Of a stretch of 64,000 nucleotides of DNA, positions 36,644 through 46,613 are shown one piece after another. The DNA comes from Alphaproteobacteria bacterium (GTDB lineage: Bacteria; Pseudomonadota; Alphaproteobacteria; G963923945). The translations under genes were made by a program, and so were the position numbers. The notes below the pieces were generated by a model. That model ran no database searches. It worked only from the letters and a program-made list of their open reading frames with translations, and had not been told where the DNA came from. The DNA lies in assembly GCA_963923945.1 (NCBI GenBank), contig OZ000551.1, forward strand, positions 1,890,605 to 1,954,604, in the 5' to 3' direction. Every line of letters starts with the position of its first letter. Position 1 is the first letter of the stretch.

Positions 36644-37687
36644 CTATGGGACCAAGTGATGCGGTTTTGCCATTGGCTCACTGATACGAATGATGGTCCG
36701 GCCGGTGATTTTACCGGCAAGGATATCTTGACCCAGCTGTGGGATGTCATCCAGGGTGACTTCGGTTGTCATGGTCTCAAGGATTGAAGGGGTGAGATCG
36801 CTGGCCAAGCGTTGCCAGGCGACCCGGCGTCGCTCAATCGGCAACATGGTTGCATCAATCCCCAACAGGCTGACTCCGCGTATGATAAAGGGCATCACGG
36901 TTGTATTGAGATCCGATCCACCAACCAACCCGGTGGCGGCGACCGCCCCGCCTTCCTGGGTTTCGGCCAGAACGCGGGCCAAGGTATCACTGCCAACCGC
37001 ATCAATCCCCCCAGCCCAACGGCGAGAGAGCAACGGCTTTTCCGGTGGGTCGGAAAAACGTTGACGGTCAATCAATTCCTTGGCCCCGAGCATGGTCAGA
37101 TAGTCGGTGGCTGTACGGTTTCCCTTACCGGTTGATGCGACAACATGATAGCCGAGCTTGGCCAAAATGGCCACAGCCACCGAACCCACACCGCCCGATG
37201 CCCCGGTGACGATGATCGGTCCCTTATCCGGATTGAGATGATTTTCCTCCAGACGAATGACCGCTTCCATGGCTGTGAGGCCAGCGGTGCCGATAATCAT
37301 GGTATCGCGGGCACTCAGCCCCTCCGGCAGACCAATCAGCCAATCGCTGCGCACCCGGATGATCTCGGCATAGCCGCCCCAATGAATCTCACCAACCCGG
37401 AAGGCGGTACAGATGGCCACATCACCGGGTTTCCACTCTTGACAATCGGATTGGGTCACCGCGCCAACCAGGTCAACCCCGGGGATATGGGGATAGGATT
37501 TGACGACTTTACCCAATCCATTCATCGCCAATCCGTCTTTATAATTGAGGGTCGAATACAAGACCCGTAACGTGACATCAGCCCCTTCGGGTTGGCGTTC
37601 CATGAAAGCCTGTGCATCCAGATGCCGGATGGTCGAGTGATGGCGATCCCCTTGTTTGTCGACAACCAAGGCCCGATATGCGGTCAT
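36644..37687 (-). CDS. acuI: acryloyl-CoA reductase AcuI/YhdH-family MDR oxidoreductase
   Basis: YSTLNYKDGLA, PGVDLVG, GTAGLTA, VTGASGGVGS and PFIIRGVSLLGID motifs; start 37687 overlaps the dihydroorotase stop (ATGA). Confidence 0.85.
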   Translation of the reverse strand: MTAYRALVVDKQGDRHHSTIRHLDAQAFMERQPEGADVTLRVLYSTLNYKDGLAMNGLGKVVKSYPHIPGVDLVGAVTQSDCQEWKPGDVAICTAFRVGEIHWGGYAEIIRVRSDWLIGLPEGLSARDTMIIGTAGLTAMEAVIRLEENHLNPDKGPIIVTGASGGVGSVAVAILAKLGYHVVASTGKGNRTATDYLTMLGAKELIDRQRFSDPPEKPLLSRRWAGGIDAVGSDTLARVLAETQEGGAVAATGLVGGSDLNTTVMPFIIRGVSLLGIDATMLPIERRRVAWQRLASDLTPSILETMTTEVTLDDIPQLGQDILAGKITGRTIIRISEPMAKPHHLVP

Positions 37688-39081
37688 GAATCCATTTCCG
37701 GTGATGATAAGGTTTCGATAAATCGGGCCGCTTGCCCGGCCGGATGCCCTTGAATGATGCCATCGCGCATCACAATCTGGCCGCGCAGAATGGTTGCCAC
37801 TGGTTGGCCGGTGATGGGTTTCCCAGCATAGGGCGTCCAGCCGCTTTTGCTGGCAATCCAACCCTCTTCGATGATCCAGTGTTTTTTCAAATCAACCAGA
37901 GCAAAATCCGCATCATAGCCGCAAGCGATACGGCCTTTCCCGGCAAGGCCAAAAATCCGTGATGGTCCCGCTGCGGTGAGATCAACCAGCCGTTCCAAGC
38001 TCAAACGCCCGGCGGCAACATGGTCCAGCATAATCGGCAATAATGTCTGCACCCCGGTCATACCGGAAGGACTGTGCGGATAGGGCTGTTGCTTTTCTTC
38101 GCGGCTATGGGGGGCATGATCGGAACCCATAACATCAACCATGCCCTCATCCACCGCTTTCCAGAGGGCCTGGCGGTGGCTTTCGTCACGAATGGGCGGA
38201 TTCATTTGGGCAAAACTGCCCAGACGGTCATAACAATCGGGGGCCGATAAGGTGAGATGTTGCGGGGTGACTTCGGTTGTCGCAATATCCCGATGCGCCG
38301 CCAGATACGTCATTTCTTCTTGGGTGGTGATATGGAGGATATGAACCCGGCGCCCTAAGCGGCGGGCTATTGTGATCAGCCGCCGGGTTGCCGAAAAGGC
38401 GGTTTCAACATCGCGCCATATCGGGTGCAGCGATGGTGGTGGTGCCTCCCCTTCAATCAAGTGATGGCGGGTTTTGAGGATGGCTTGATCTTCACAATGC
38501 ACCGATACCCGCCGCCGTCCAGAGGATAAGACGGCCTCAAGATCAGCATCCCGGTCCACCAACAAATCCCCGGTTGAACTGCCCATGAAAATTTTCACCC
38601 CTGCGCATCCCGGATGTCTCTCCAAATCGGCCAACAAAGCGGCATTCCCCGGTGTGGCACCAACAAAAAAAGCATAATCACACCAGGCCGATTGAGCGGC
38701 CCGATTCAGTTTATCGCGCAACGCTGGTCCATCAATGGTCGGTGGTTTGGTGTTGGGCATTTCAAAAATACAGGTGACACCGCCAAGAATGGCGCCCCGT
38801 GTGCCCGCTTCGATGGTTTCTTTATGCTCCATCCCGGGTTCACGAAAATGAACTTGGCTATCAATGACACCAGGCAGAATATGCAGACCCCGGGCATCAA
38901 AGACCGTCCGTGCCGAATGTTGAGAGAGGGCACCAATGCGCAAGATTGTGCCGTTGCGCACCCCGATATCGGCATTCCGGCCGCCGCCGGGGGTTATGAC
39001 GGTGCCGCCGGTGATGAGCAGGTCAAAAGCATCGCAGGATTCATATTGGGGGGTATCTGTACCCGTACCCATCATCGTCAC
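37684..39081 (-). CDS. pyrC: dihydroorotase
   Basis: PGVIDSQVHFREPG, EMPNT, KIFMGSSTG, QMNPPIR and GSDHAPH motifs. Confidence 0.92.
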   Translation of the reverse strand: MTMMGTGTDTPQYESCDAFDLLITGGTVITPGGGRNADIGVRNGTILRIGALSQHSARTVFDARGLHILPGVIDSQVHFREPGMEHKETIEAGTRGAILGGVTCIFEMPNTKPPTIDGPALRDKLNRAAQSAWCDYAFFVGATPGNAALLADLERHPGCAGVKIFMGSSTGDLLVDRDADLEAVLSSGRRRVSVHCEDQAILKTRHHLIEGEAPPPSLHPIWRDVETAFSATRRLITIARRLGRRVHILHITTQEEMTYLAAHRDIATTEVTPQHLTLSAPDCYDRLGSFAQMNPPIRDESHRQALWKAVDEGMVDVMGSDHAPHSREEKQQPYPHSPSGMTGVQTLLPIMLDHVAAGRLSLERLVDLTAAGPSRIFGLAGKGRIACGYDADFALVDLKKHWIIEEGWIASKSGWTPYAGKPITGQPVATILRGQIVMRDGIIQGHPAGQAARFIETLSSPEMDS

Positions 39082-39084
39082 AAT

Positions 39085-40275
39085 TTATACCAGCAAAGAC
39101 TCATGATCAGCCTCATTTTCCGGATCTGTGGGGGCCGGGCTGGTGATTTCTTCGAGAAAGGATGAAAACCGTATCTTCCCATTTTGGGGAGAATGAGATT
39201 TTTCGTAGAGTTTGCGCCCCTGTTCGGTCAGATCGCGCCGGAGGCCCGGATTGAGAAAAAAACGTTTCAATGTCTCGGTCAAATCACGGCAGTCATCGGT
39301 TTTAAAAAGAACCCCGGTTTTATCATGTTTGATCAAAGATCGCGGACCATCACTGGCTGCCGCAATGACTGGTATTTGTTGGGCCCAGGCTTCAAAAATC
39401 GCGGCATTGAGATATTCCCTGCGGAAGGGACATACCAAAATATCAGCCGCTTTGAAATAAGGGGCGCGTTCTTCGATTTTGCCAAGAAAGCGCAACCGCG
39501 GCCGCACCCCGACTTCGATGGCCAAATCTTCCAAATTCTTGCGCAAAGGTCCTTCGCCAATAATCCAGACATAGGCATGGGGAAGATCAGCCGCCGCCCG
39601 GATGAGGATATCAAAACCCTGCTCTTGGCACAGCGGACCCACCGCCAGCAATAATGGTGCGTCTTTGGGGGTCGAGTAATCGGCCCTAGGAACCGGCTCG
39701 GCGGGAATATCATCAACAAAAATAGGCAGATAATGCAACTTTTCTGGAAGCCACCCAGCATGCGAGAAGCTCTGCAAAATCGGTTCTGAACCACTGATGA
39801 TATAGTCGCATCCTCTGTATGGTGTGACATTTTCATCTGTGCTGACCCAGGCACAATGAACCGCGGTCATTTTTTTATTTTTGATTTGAGAACACCAGGA
39901 TGTGGCTCGTTGGGTCCAGCTGAGAACAATATCAGGCGCAAAACGCTTGATGGCTCGTTTCAAAGTATAAGAAGCCCATAGATCAAACAGGCGACCATAG
40001 GGCACAACCAGAATGTCAATATCATGGTGGCTGTATGCCTTCAGACTCTGGGATTGGTTGGTGACCAACAGATGGTGTATTTTGGTGCTGTTTAGGGACG
40101 CGACCAGCAAACCGAAAAATCTTTCGATTTCGCTACGTGGCTCATCGGCCATGATATGGAGAATGCGGATCAAACCTATTTTTTCCGTGTCAATGACTGC
40201 AAGCGTATTGGCATGGTCGTGTGACTCTAAGCCAGTGTAAAGTGTAACAAAACAGTATTGGCGGCTTTTTCTCAA
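39085..40275 (-). CDS. glycosyltransferase family 4 (GT-B)
   Basis: C-terminal GT4 domain (GFDILI, IIGEGPLR, FLG, EAWA..PVIA, GP..LI..DKTGVLF). Start uncertain, probably downstream. Confidence 0.85.
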   Translation of the reverse strand: MRKSRQYCFVTLYTGLESHDHANTLAVIDTEKIGLIRILHIMADEPRSEIERFFGLLVASLNSTKIHHLLVTNQSQSLKAYSHHDIDILVVPYGRLFDLWASYTLKRAIKRFAPDIVLSWTQRATSWCSQIKNKKMTAVHCAWVSTDENVTPYRGCDYIISGSEPILQSFSHAGWLPEKLHYLPIFVDDIPAEPVPRADYSTPKDAPLLLAVGPLCQEQGFDILIRAAADLPHAYVWIIGEGPLRKNLEDLAIEVGVRPRLRFLGKIEERAPYFKAADILVCPFRREYLNAAIFEAWAQQIPVIAAASDGPRSLIKHDKTGVLFKTDDCRDLTETLKRFFLNPGLRRDLTEQGRKLYEKSHSPQNGKIRFSSFLEEITSPAPTDPENEADHESLLV

Positions 40276-40407
40276 TCTTTATCTTGGGTCCGGGAGAGTC
40301 ACATCCCGACTCTGTAGAAATTTTATACCAATGAGACTTTTTTATGCTTCTCATTATGAGCAACGACATTATAAGCAACAACAAGAACTGATCCTGTGAT
40401 TTTTGTT

Positions 40408-41382
40408 TTATCCGTGATTTTTTTCCATATGGGCCTGTTGCCAAAGATCAAAAGCGGCTTGTTCGACTTGACCAATACTCAGACCATACATTAAGCGGCC
40501 GCTGTTATTGAAATCATAGGGAGTTGGAAGGTCTTTCTGGCTTTTGTTTGTATGGGTGATGGCTGTATGCTGTCCCCAAGGATGATAATTTTTGGCATTG
40601 GTTGGCCCGAAGAGTCCCAGGGTGGGGATTCCGGCCGCCGCAGCCATATGCATGAGGCCGGAGTCATTGCCGATATAAAAGCAACAGCGTTTGAGGCAGG
40701 CATAGGTTTGGGCCAGATCAATCCGCCCGACCAAATCAATACACTGGTTGGTTGGTATCGCTTCAATCAATGGGAGGGCTTCATCGCGCTCCCCCGGTCC
40801 CCCAAAAATCGCCACCCCGACATGGGGGAACAGGCCATCATGACCAGTCAATCGATCCATCAAGGCGGCATAGTTTTCTATCGGCCATTGTTTGCCGAAC
40901 CAGTTGGCAATCGGCCCCAAAGCAATCACCCGACGATCATCAGGAATATGCTGACGGGCAAAAGCATGAAAGGCGGGGGTAACCTCAATCAAAGGGGCGA
41001 CCGGTTCAGAATACCCCATGAAATGGGAAAATTGAGTCACCACATGCGCGTCATCAACCCTGGATCGTCGATTGAAAAAAACCCGCCGTGACACTGTGGG
41101 CAAAAACCAAGAGATGAGGCTGCCGCGCAAATCGACCACCAACCGCCACCGCCGCCAGAGGCAGCCAACCCATAAGTTGAACCAATGAATACCATAGCGT
41201 TTTTTCGGCATGGCAATCACCTCGGTCACCATCGGCATTGCCCGAAACAAGGATGCCGGGGCCGGACCACAAACCACCGTGATGCGGGCCTCGGGCCAAT
41301 CGCGCCGCAACAGAGCCAGCACACCGGTTGACAAAACGCTATCGCCAATCGAATTGGCGGTGATGAAGAGGATATTGGTCAT
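40408..41382 (-). CDS. glycosyltransferase family 9 (ADP-heptose:LPS heptosyltransferase-like)
   Basis: IGDSVLSTG, ANWFGKQWP and GNDSGLMHMAAAAGIPTLGLFGPT motifs. Confidence 0.92.
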   Translation of the reverse strand: MTNILFITANSIGDSVLSTGVLALLRRDWPEARITVVCGPAPASLFRAMPMVTEVIAMPKKRYGIHWFNLWVGCLWRRWRLVVDLRGSLISWFLPTVSRRVFFNRRSRVDDAHVVTQFSHFMGYSEPVAPLIEVTPAFHAFARQHIPDDRRVIALGPIANWFGKQWPIENYAALMDRLTGHDGLFPHVGVAIFGGPGERDEALPLIEAIPTNQCIDLVGRIDLAQTYACLKRCCFYIGNDSGLMHMAAAAGIPTLGLFGPTNAKNYHPWGQHTAITHTNKSQKDLPTPYDFNNSGRLMYGLSIGQVEQAAFDLWQQAHMEKNHG

Positions 41383-41496
41383 AAAAATTGAATTTATGCG
41401 TGGCTATACTATTGGCGATAAAACCGTTTTACGCTAAAAACAACTATCTTCTGGTTATTGTTTTTTTAACTTCTGATCCTTCCGAGTCAATTGATC

Positions 41497-42318
41497 ATGC
41501 CGCCACCATCAAGGCCAGCCGCGCCACCCCCACCTCCACCATCACGACGAACGCCATCAAGGCCAATGGGGTGACCACCCCCTCCACCGCCGAACACGCT
41601 GCCACTCAATGATCCGCTTCCGCCTCCACCCAGACAGGTCAATTTCCACTTAAACATTCTCCGTTTCCTGGAACAATTCAACGGAAAGATCGTTTTTAGA
41701 GGACTGATTGCCCAATCCTATTCGAGTGTTGATCATCCAGGGCTTTGTCACCCTATAGCGTCCAACTATATTGCTTGTTGGATTGATTCGGTCCGTCAAA
41801 ACAATTTTGGCATTCTGGAAGCCTATAGAAGAACGGTTTTCCAATTTTCTTTCCGGCCCGAAATCGTAGCACTCCTGAAAAGAAACAGGGAATACATGCT
41901 GGGAGGGTTTGAACATGTACAATTCGACTAAATGATAGCCATTGAAAGAGAAGAGACGCAGTCTTTTTGCAATTCTTTGCATCGACACCGGGGAGGGATA
42001 TCAAGATATCAAGGTGTTCCTTCAGAGGTCTTGTTTTCTCAAGCAAGCGGGCGGTTTCGTCGGTCGGGAATTTATTTTATTGGTCTTCCTGAGCACGCTG
42101 TTGTTTTCGTCAACTATTCTGATCCAGAGGCGGGAACAGGAGGAAGACCGGCTGGAGGATATTGGTTTTTGGATGCCAATACCGGCGAATTTGAGTGGGA
42201 TGATCCCTATATGACCAATCAATTTTTAAGGGCTTATCATGAATTGGAGATATCCACAGAAATAGGTGGTCCTATATCCTGGGTGACCCATTACCCTTTG
42301 GGAGAGTGTCATTTTTGA
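41497..42318 (+). pseudogene. Pro-rich YopT/peptidase C58-like cysteine protease, interrupted by two nonsense codons
   Basis: One reading frame of 274 codons with in-frame TGA at 41572 and TAA at 41929; poly-Pro N-terminus; GLCHPIASNYIACW, EHAVVF and FLDANTGEF resemble the C/H/D motifs of the C58 family. Confidence 0.6.
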
Positions 42319-42419
42319 TCCCGCGAGTCAGCGCATCTCTAACATGGGGTCACGCATAGATCATTGATAAAAAACCGCCTAAAAATTCTTGTTAAAAATA
42401 GATGACGATCACATAGTGG

Positions 42420-42567
42420 TTATGCACCGTCATCATCAATGAGTATACGATGAGTCGGCCGCTTCTGGGTCGTCATATTGGTTGGATTTCGGTGACCAGA
42501 AAAGGACGACAAGACCAATCAAGCCAGGCAAAAGCCCGGTCGAAATGAGAAACAATAAGATATCCAT
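42420..42567 (-). pseudogene. ccoS: cbb3 oxidase maturation protein CcoS/FixS, frameshifted
   Basis: MDILLFLISTGLLPGLIGLVVLFWSPKSNQYDDPE, with the conserved HRILIDDD tail in a shifted frame. Confidence 0.75.
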
Positions 42568-42575
42568 CGCGATTC

Positions 42576-44795
42576 TCAATCTTCCTTTAAGAGGCGTATT
42601 TTAAACGAATTGCCAATCACAATGAGTGAAGAAGATGACATGGCCACTGCCGCAACCAGCGGTGTGACATACCCCATCACGGCAAGCGGGATTGCACAAC
42701 AGTTATAGAGTGCTGCCAAGGCGAAATTTTGCTTGATCAGCCTGGTTGAAAATTGTGCGCATCGATAGCTTGAGAAAACCGCTTTGAGCGAACGCCCCCG
42801 AAACACAATATCAGCCGTATTTTGTGTGATATCCATTGCTGTGGAAGGAGAAATAGAGACATGAGCCTGGGCCAGAGCTGGGGCATCATTCAACCCATCG
42901 CCAACCATCAGGCAATATGCGCCTTTCTCTTGGAGTGATTGAAGAAGTTTGAATTTTTGATCCGGCAACATGGCGGCGTAGGTTTCTTTAATACCCAGTT
43001 GATGGGCCACCGCTTCGGCAATCGGCGCGTGATCACCCGACACGATGATTGTATGAATGCCTTTGGCGTTGAACGCATTGACGGTTTCGGCGGCATCGTC
43101 ACGCAATTCATCAGTAAAATGAAATTGTGCCTGTTCTTGCCCGTCACAGATCAATGATACGCTGGATTGTTGCCTTGAGTTTGGATGATCACTTTTACGC
43201 AGCTGATATATTTTTCCAGCAATGGTGCCGACAAAACCCACACCGGCCTGTTCAGATAAGCCGGTGACGTTCAGGCGCTCTCCGTCATAGCCCTGGGAAA
43301 TGGCTCTGCTCAGCGGATGTTGACTAAAATCGGCCAGCGATGCGGCAATTTGTAGATTTTTATGATCATAGTCTGTGTCCTCCAATTTTGGTTTGCCTAG
43401 TTTTGGCTTGCCCTGTGTCAGTGTCCCCGTCTTATCGAACAGGACGGTCGTGATGCGGTTGAGCTTTTCTAGGGCATCGCCTGTTTTGACCAGAACCCCA
43501 TGTTTCATCAGCCATTCAACCGCCAGCACCTGCACGGTCGGCACAGCAAGCCCCAGCGCACACGGGCAGGTGATAATGAGGGTTGTAATGGCAATCAGCA
43601 ATGCTTCTTGCCACGCCATACCGCCAGCAAAAAACCAGCCGAGAAATGCCGCCAATGCCAGCGAATGAACAACCGGGGTATAGAGTTGCGCAGCCTTATC
43701 AGCCAGCCTTGTATAGTGTGCACGGCCTTGCTCAGCTTGCTCCATCAACCGCACAACATTGGCCAACAAACTGTCTCGACTGGGCTGTATGACCGCGCAG
43801 GTCAACGGAGCGGTCAGATTGACCGTACCGCCAAATACGGTGTTGCCTTTTCCCACATGTCTTGGCACCGACTCTCCGGTCACGATGCTGGTATCAATAT
43901 CTGATCTGCCTTGCAGCACTTTGGCATCGGTGGGGACTTTTTCCCCCACCGCAATGATAACCATATCGCCAGCAGATAATTCTGAAATCATGACCCGCTT
44001 TTTGGAATTGTCTTTCAGCACGGTGGCCGTACCTTGGAGGAGGCTAAGCAATTCTGTCGCATGGGCGCGGGCTTTTGATCTGGCTTTTGCATCCAGCCAC
44101 CGACCAATCAACAAGAAGAACATCAACATAACCGCGGAGTCAAAATAAGTATGCTCACCGCCCGTGGCGGTTTCATACACACTCATTGCTGCAGCGAGAA
44201 TCAGGGCCAGCGAAATCGGCACATCCATATTGGTGTGTCGGGATTTTAAGGCCGCCACAGCAGAGTTGAAAAAGGGCCTTCCTGCATAAGCAATGGTAGG
44301 CACGGCAATGGCCCCAGAAATCCAGTGGAACATTTCTCGGGTCGCCAACCCCATAATGTCAATACTGCTGCTCCATAATGGTACGGATATCAGCATGATA
44401 CTGCCCATCGAAAAGCCCGCAACCGCCATGCAGCGCATCAATTTTGATGCTTCGTCATGGTTCTCCTCAGATTTTGGGTGAAGTGCTGATATTTTATAAC
44501 CGAGGTCATCGACCAGTCTTGCAAACCGATCGGCCAGATGCGGTGATCCTTCCCAGGTGATGCTCAGCCGGGAGGTCGACATATTGACCCGACATTCTGT
44601 CATTGCTGGTTCTTTTTGCAAACGCGACTCGACTGTCCAAATACATTTTGCGCAGCGAATGCCCGCGATATGCAAATCAATATGGCACGACTCGCCATCG
44701 CGAACCACGTATGGGGATAAAGTCCCTTCCTCAGTCTGCTGTTCGTTTAGCGAACAATCAGATGTTGGGTGTTCTGATAGTGCTGATTGCGCCAT
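42576..44795 (-). CDS. ccoI: heavy-metal (Cu) P1B-type ATPase CcoI/FixI
   Basis: GIRCAKC, NMDVPIS, YFDSA, TGES, CPC, DKTGT, HP, GDGLND and YN motifs; lies between fixH and fixS remnants. Confidence 0.9.
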   Translation of the reverse strand: MAQSALSEHPTSDCSLNEQQTEEGTLSPYVVRDGESCHIDLHIAGIRCAKCIWTVESRLQKEPAMTECRVNMSTSRLSITWEGSPHLADRFARLVDDLGYKISALHPKSEENHDEASKLMRCMAVAGFSMGSIMLISVPLWSSSIDIMGLATREMFHWISGAIAVPTIAYAGRPFFNSAVAALKSRHTNMDVPISLALILAAAMSVYETATGGEHTYFDSAVMLMFFLLIGRWLDAKARSKARAHATELLSLLQGTATVLKDNSKKRVMISELSAGDMVIIAVGEKVPTDAKVLQGRSDIDTSIVTGESVPRHVGKGNTVFGGTVNLTAPLTCAVIQPSRDSLLANVVRLMEQAEQGRAHYTRLADKAAQLYTPVVHSLALAAFLGWFFAGGMAWQEALLIAITTLIITCPCALGLAVPTVQVLAVEWLMKHGVLVKTGDALEKLNRITTVLFDKTGTLTQGKPKLGKPKLEDTDYDHKNLQIAASLADFSQHPLSRAISQGYDGERLNVTGLSEQAGVGFVGTIAGKIYQLRKSDHPNSRQQSSVSLICDGQEQAQFHFTDELRDDAAETVNAFNAKGIHTIIVSGDHAPIAEAVAHQLGIKETYAAMLPDQKFKLLQSLQEKGAYCLMVGDGLNDAPALAQAHVSISPSTAMDITQNTADIVFRGRSLKAVFSSYRCAQFSTRLIKQNFALAALYNCCAIPLAVMGYVTPLVAAVAMSSSSLIVIGNSFKIRLLKED

Positions 44796-45213
44796 AGGAC
44801 ATTGACCGTTGTTTCCCACTGACCGGATAATGGAAATTCTATTTTGGCCTCATAGATGCCGGTTTCTTTTTCTTCCAAAGGAAGAGTGAATTCATACCCA
44901 GATTCTATCGGTCTGCTGATATAGGCTTTGGCGACCGCATCATTGATCGCGTGATTTTTTTATTATTGAGCATCAAACATTAAGACCTGATACTTGGCAG
45001 TATAAACCGGTTTGCCAACCAAGGGCTTGTTGTATTGTTGCTTTTTCGATGGTTCGATTACAGTTCACCCCTTTTTTGTAAGAATTCTCAATTACCACAC
45101 CGGAATGAGTCTGTATAGCCAATGTGACAAACACTGCATTTACCGCAAAAACGACCGCCAAAGCCGTCACAAAATACCACGCAATGCGCCGGTCTCTCAA
45201 AGGGTGCTTGGGA
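44747..45213 (-). pseudogene. ccoH: FixH/CcoH remnant, frameshifted
   Basis: WYFVTALAVVFAVNAVFVTLAIQTHSGVVIENSYKKG..QQALGW, then out-of-frame pieces AYISRP..YEFTLPL and GIYEAKIEFPLSGQW. Confidence 0.8.
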
Positions 45214-45640
45214 TTACCTTGAACTGACAAAAACACTTCCCACATGGTCGGTTTTTCCGGTTTGCGTATCGCGCAAGATAAACGTCACCGGGATACGGGA
45301 TTGATTGTGTTTTTCCGATGTCAGAAAAAACGGAAATGACCCACAGACTCGGCAAACACAGGAATATCATTCATATTGATTTCATGGGTATTTTTAAGGA
45401 CTATTTTATTACTTTTGATACCATCAATTTCCAAGGAATACGTCCGGTCTTCATGGGTTTTATTGAGAATATGCCGTTCATATCCGTTGCGTATGTCGCC
45501 ATTCGATAGCTTGACCAATAAGGGATTACGATCATGCATCACGTTGAGATCAAGGGGTAAGCATGTCGCCAGACTATACAACATAATACCGCCAACCATG
45601 GCAATAATCCCCGCATAATAAAAACTACGTAGTCTCAAAA
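45214..45640 (-). pseudogene. ccoG: C-terminal remnant of FixG/CcoG (5' part missing, frameshift in a T-run near 45325)
   Basis: LNVMHDRNPLLVKLSNGDIRNGY..HILNK is the FixG C-terminal motif; no 4Fe-4S region is present; the tail IPVTFILRD..SVFVSSR* is in another frame. Confidence 0.8.
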
Positions 45641-45641
45641 C

Positions 45642-46004
45642 ATGGCCGAGAAACGATTTTTCTTTATGGCCGCATTGCCGTGCTTCTTGCTGAGATTATG
45701 CGATACCGCCAAAAACAATCAGATCACATTGAATTTTCTGTATGGTAAAACCTTGATTGCTGCCTGTTTAGGGATGAAGCCGGAGACGTTTTCCCGGGCA
45801 CTCTCTCAATTAAAGGACGATACGGATATCCAAATCCGTGATTCGGTGGTGACCATCACCGATATACAGAAGATCATGGACTACACCTGCGGTCGCTGCT
45901 CACAGAGCTTTTGTTGTGATCTTGGCTTAGACGATGATTTTCACCTGGAAAATGAGAACAATGAGCAGGCGCTTTCCAAGCCAGTGCCAGTCAGCCCGGC
46001 TTGA
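45642..46004 (+). pseudogene. C-terminal HTH fragment of a Crp/Fnr-family regulator
   Basis: KTLIAACLGMKPETFSRALSQL helix-turn-helix; no cNMP-binding/sensor domain; back-to-back with the truncated ccoG. Confidence 0.75.
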
Positions 46005-46064
46005 AATTGGTTTTACATGAAATCAGTCTGACCTGAAATTGATTTTATCTGGAAACATGAATAT

Positions 46065-46152
46065 TGGTGCGGACGGCGGGAGTCGAACCCGCACGCCTTG
46101 ATCAGGCAAGGGATTTTAAGTCCCTCGTGTCTACCCATTCCACCACGTCCGC
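46065..46152 (-). tRNA. tRNA-Leu(TAA)
   Basis: GCGGACG acceptor stem, anticodon arm AGGGA-CTTAAAA-TCCCT, long variable arm, GGTTCGACTCC T-loop, encoded CCA. Confidence 0.97.
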
Positions 46153-46245
46153 ATGACATGAAAAAACACATCATATTTAAGGACGCGTCATATTAAAAGC
46201 GCATGATATGAAGAAATATGGATTGATTTTATGGATTAACCCGGA

Positions 46246-46461
46246 TCAAACATCGCGCCAAGAACCGGATAAATCAACATCAGCCAACGGGTTGAGCCAT
46301 TGATAAATGCCCGCAACCAGGAAGAATAAAGCAACCCAAATCAAGGCATTACGTAAGAATTCCCGGCCGCTACGATGCGATTGCCAGACAGCAGAGGCAA
46401 TCAAAAACAGCAAAACCACCAATATAACAAAACGGACCGGGTCGGCATTGTAAAAAGACAT
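46246..46461 (-). CDS. small two-TM membrane protein
   Basis: Two hydrophobic segments; resembles the membrane N-terminus of TIGR02281-type aspartyl proteases without the protease domain. Confidence 0.55.
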   Translation of the reverse strand: MSFYNADPVRFVILVVLLFLIASAVWQSHRSGREFLRNALIWVALFFLVAGIYQWLNPLADVDLSGSWRDV

Positions 46462-46511
46462 AGAAAATTATGTAATGAAGAAAATTATGTAATGAAGAAA
46501 ATTATGTAATA
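46462..46511. repeat. 17-bp tandem repeat GAAAATTATGTAATGAA, about 3 copies
   Basis: Read directly; abuts the ATG of the small membrane protein. Confidence 0.85.
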
Positions 46512-46613
46512 AAAAATGAGATGTTCACATTGATCAATGTTTAAAAATATATCACCGATATTTTTAGATTTTTAAGGACCGGCTTTTTTGTTTCCTATCG
46601 TTATGATGATCTG

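Noticed and set aside
41572-41931. Selenocysteine, stop-codon readthrough or an alternative genetic code in the YopT-like frame
   Set aside because: One stop is TAA, neither is at the catalytic Cys, and TGA terminates many normal genes here; nonsense mutation is simpler.
35265-46152. Active integrative elements or prophage at tRNA-Ser or tRNA-Leu
   Set aside because: No integrase, transposase or phage genes, and no duplicated tRNA 3' end found by eye.
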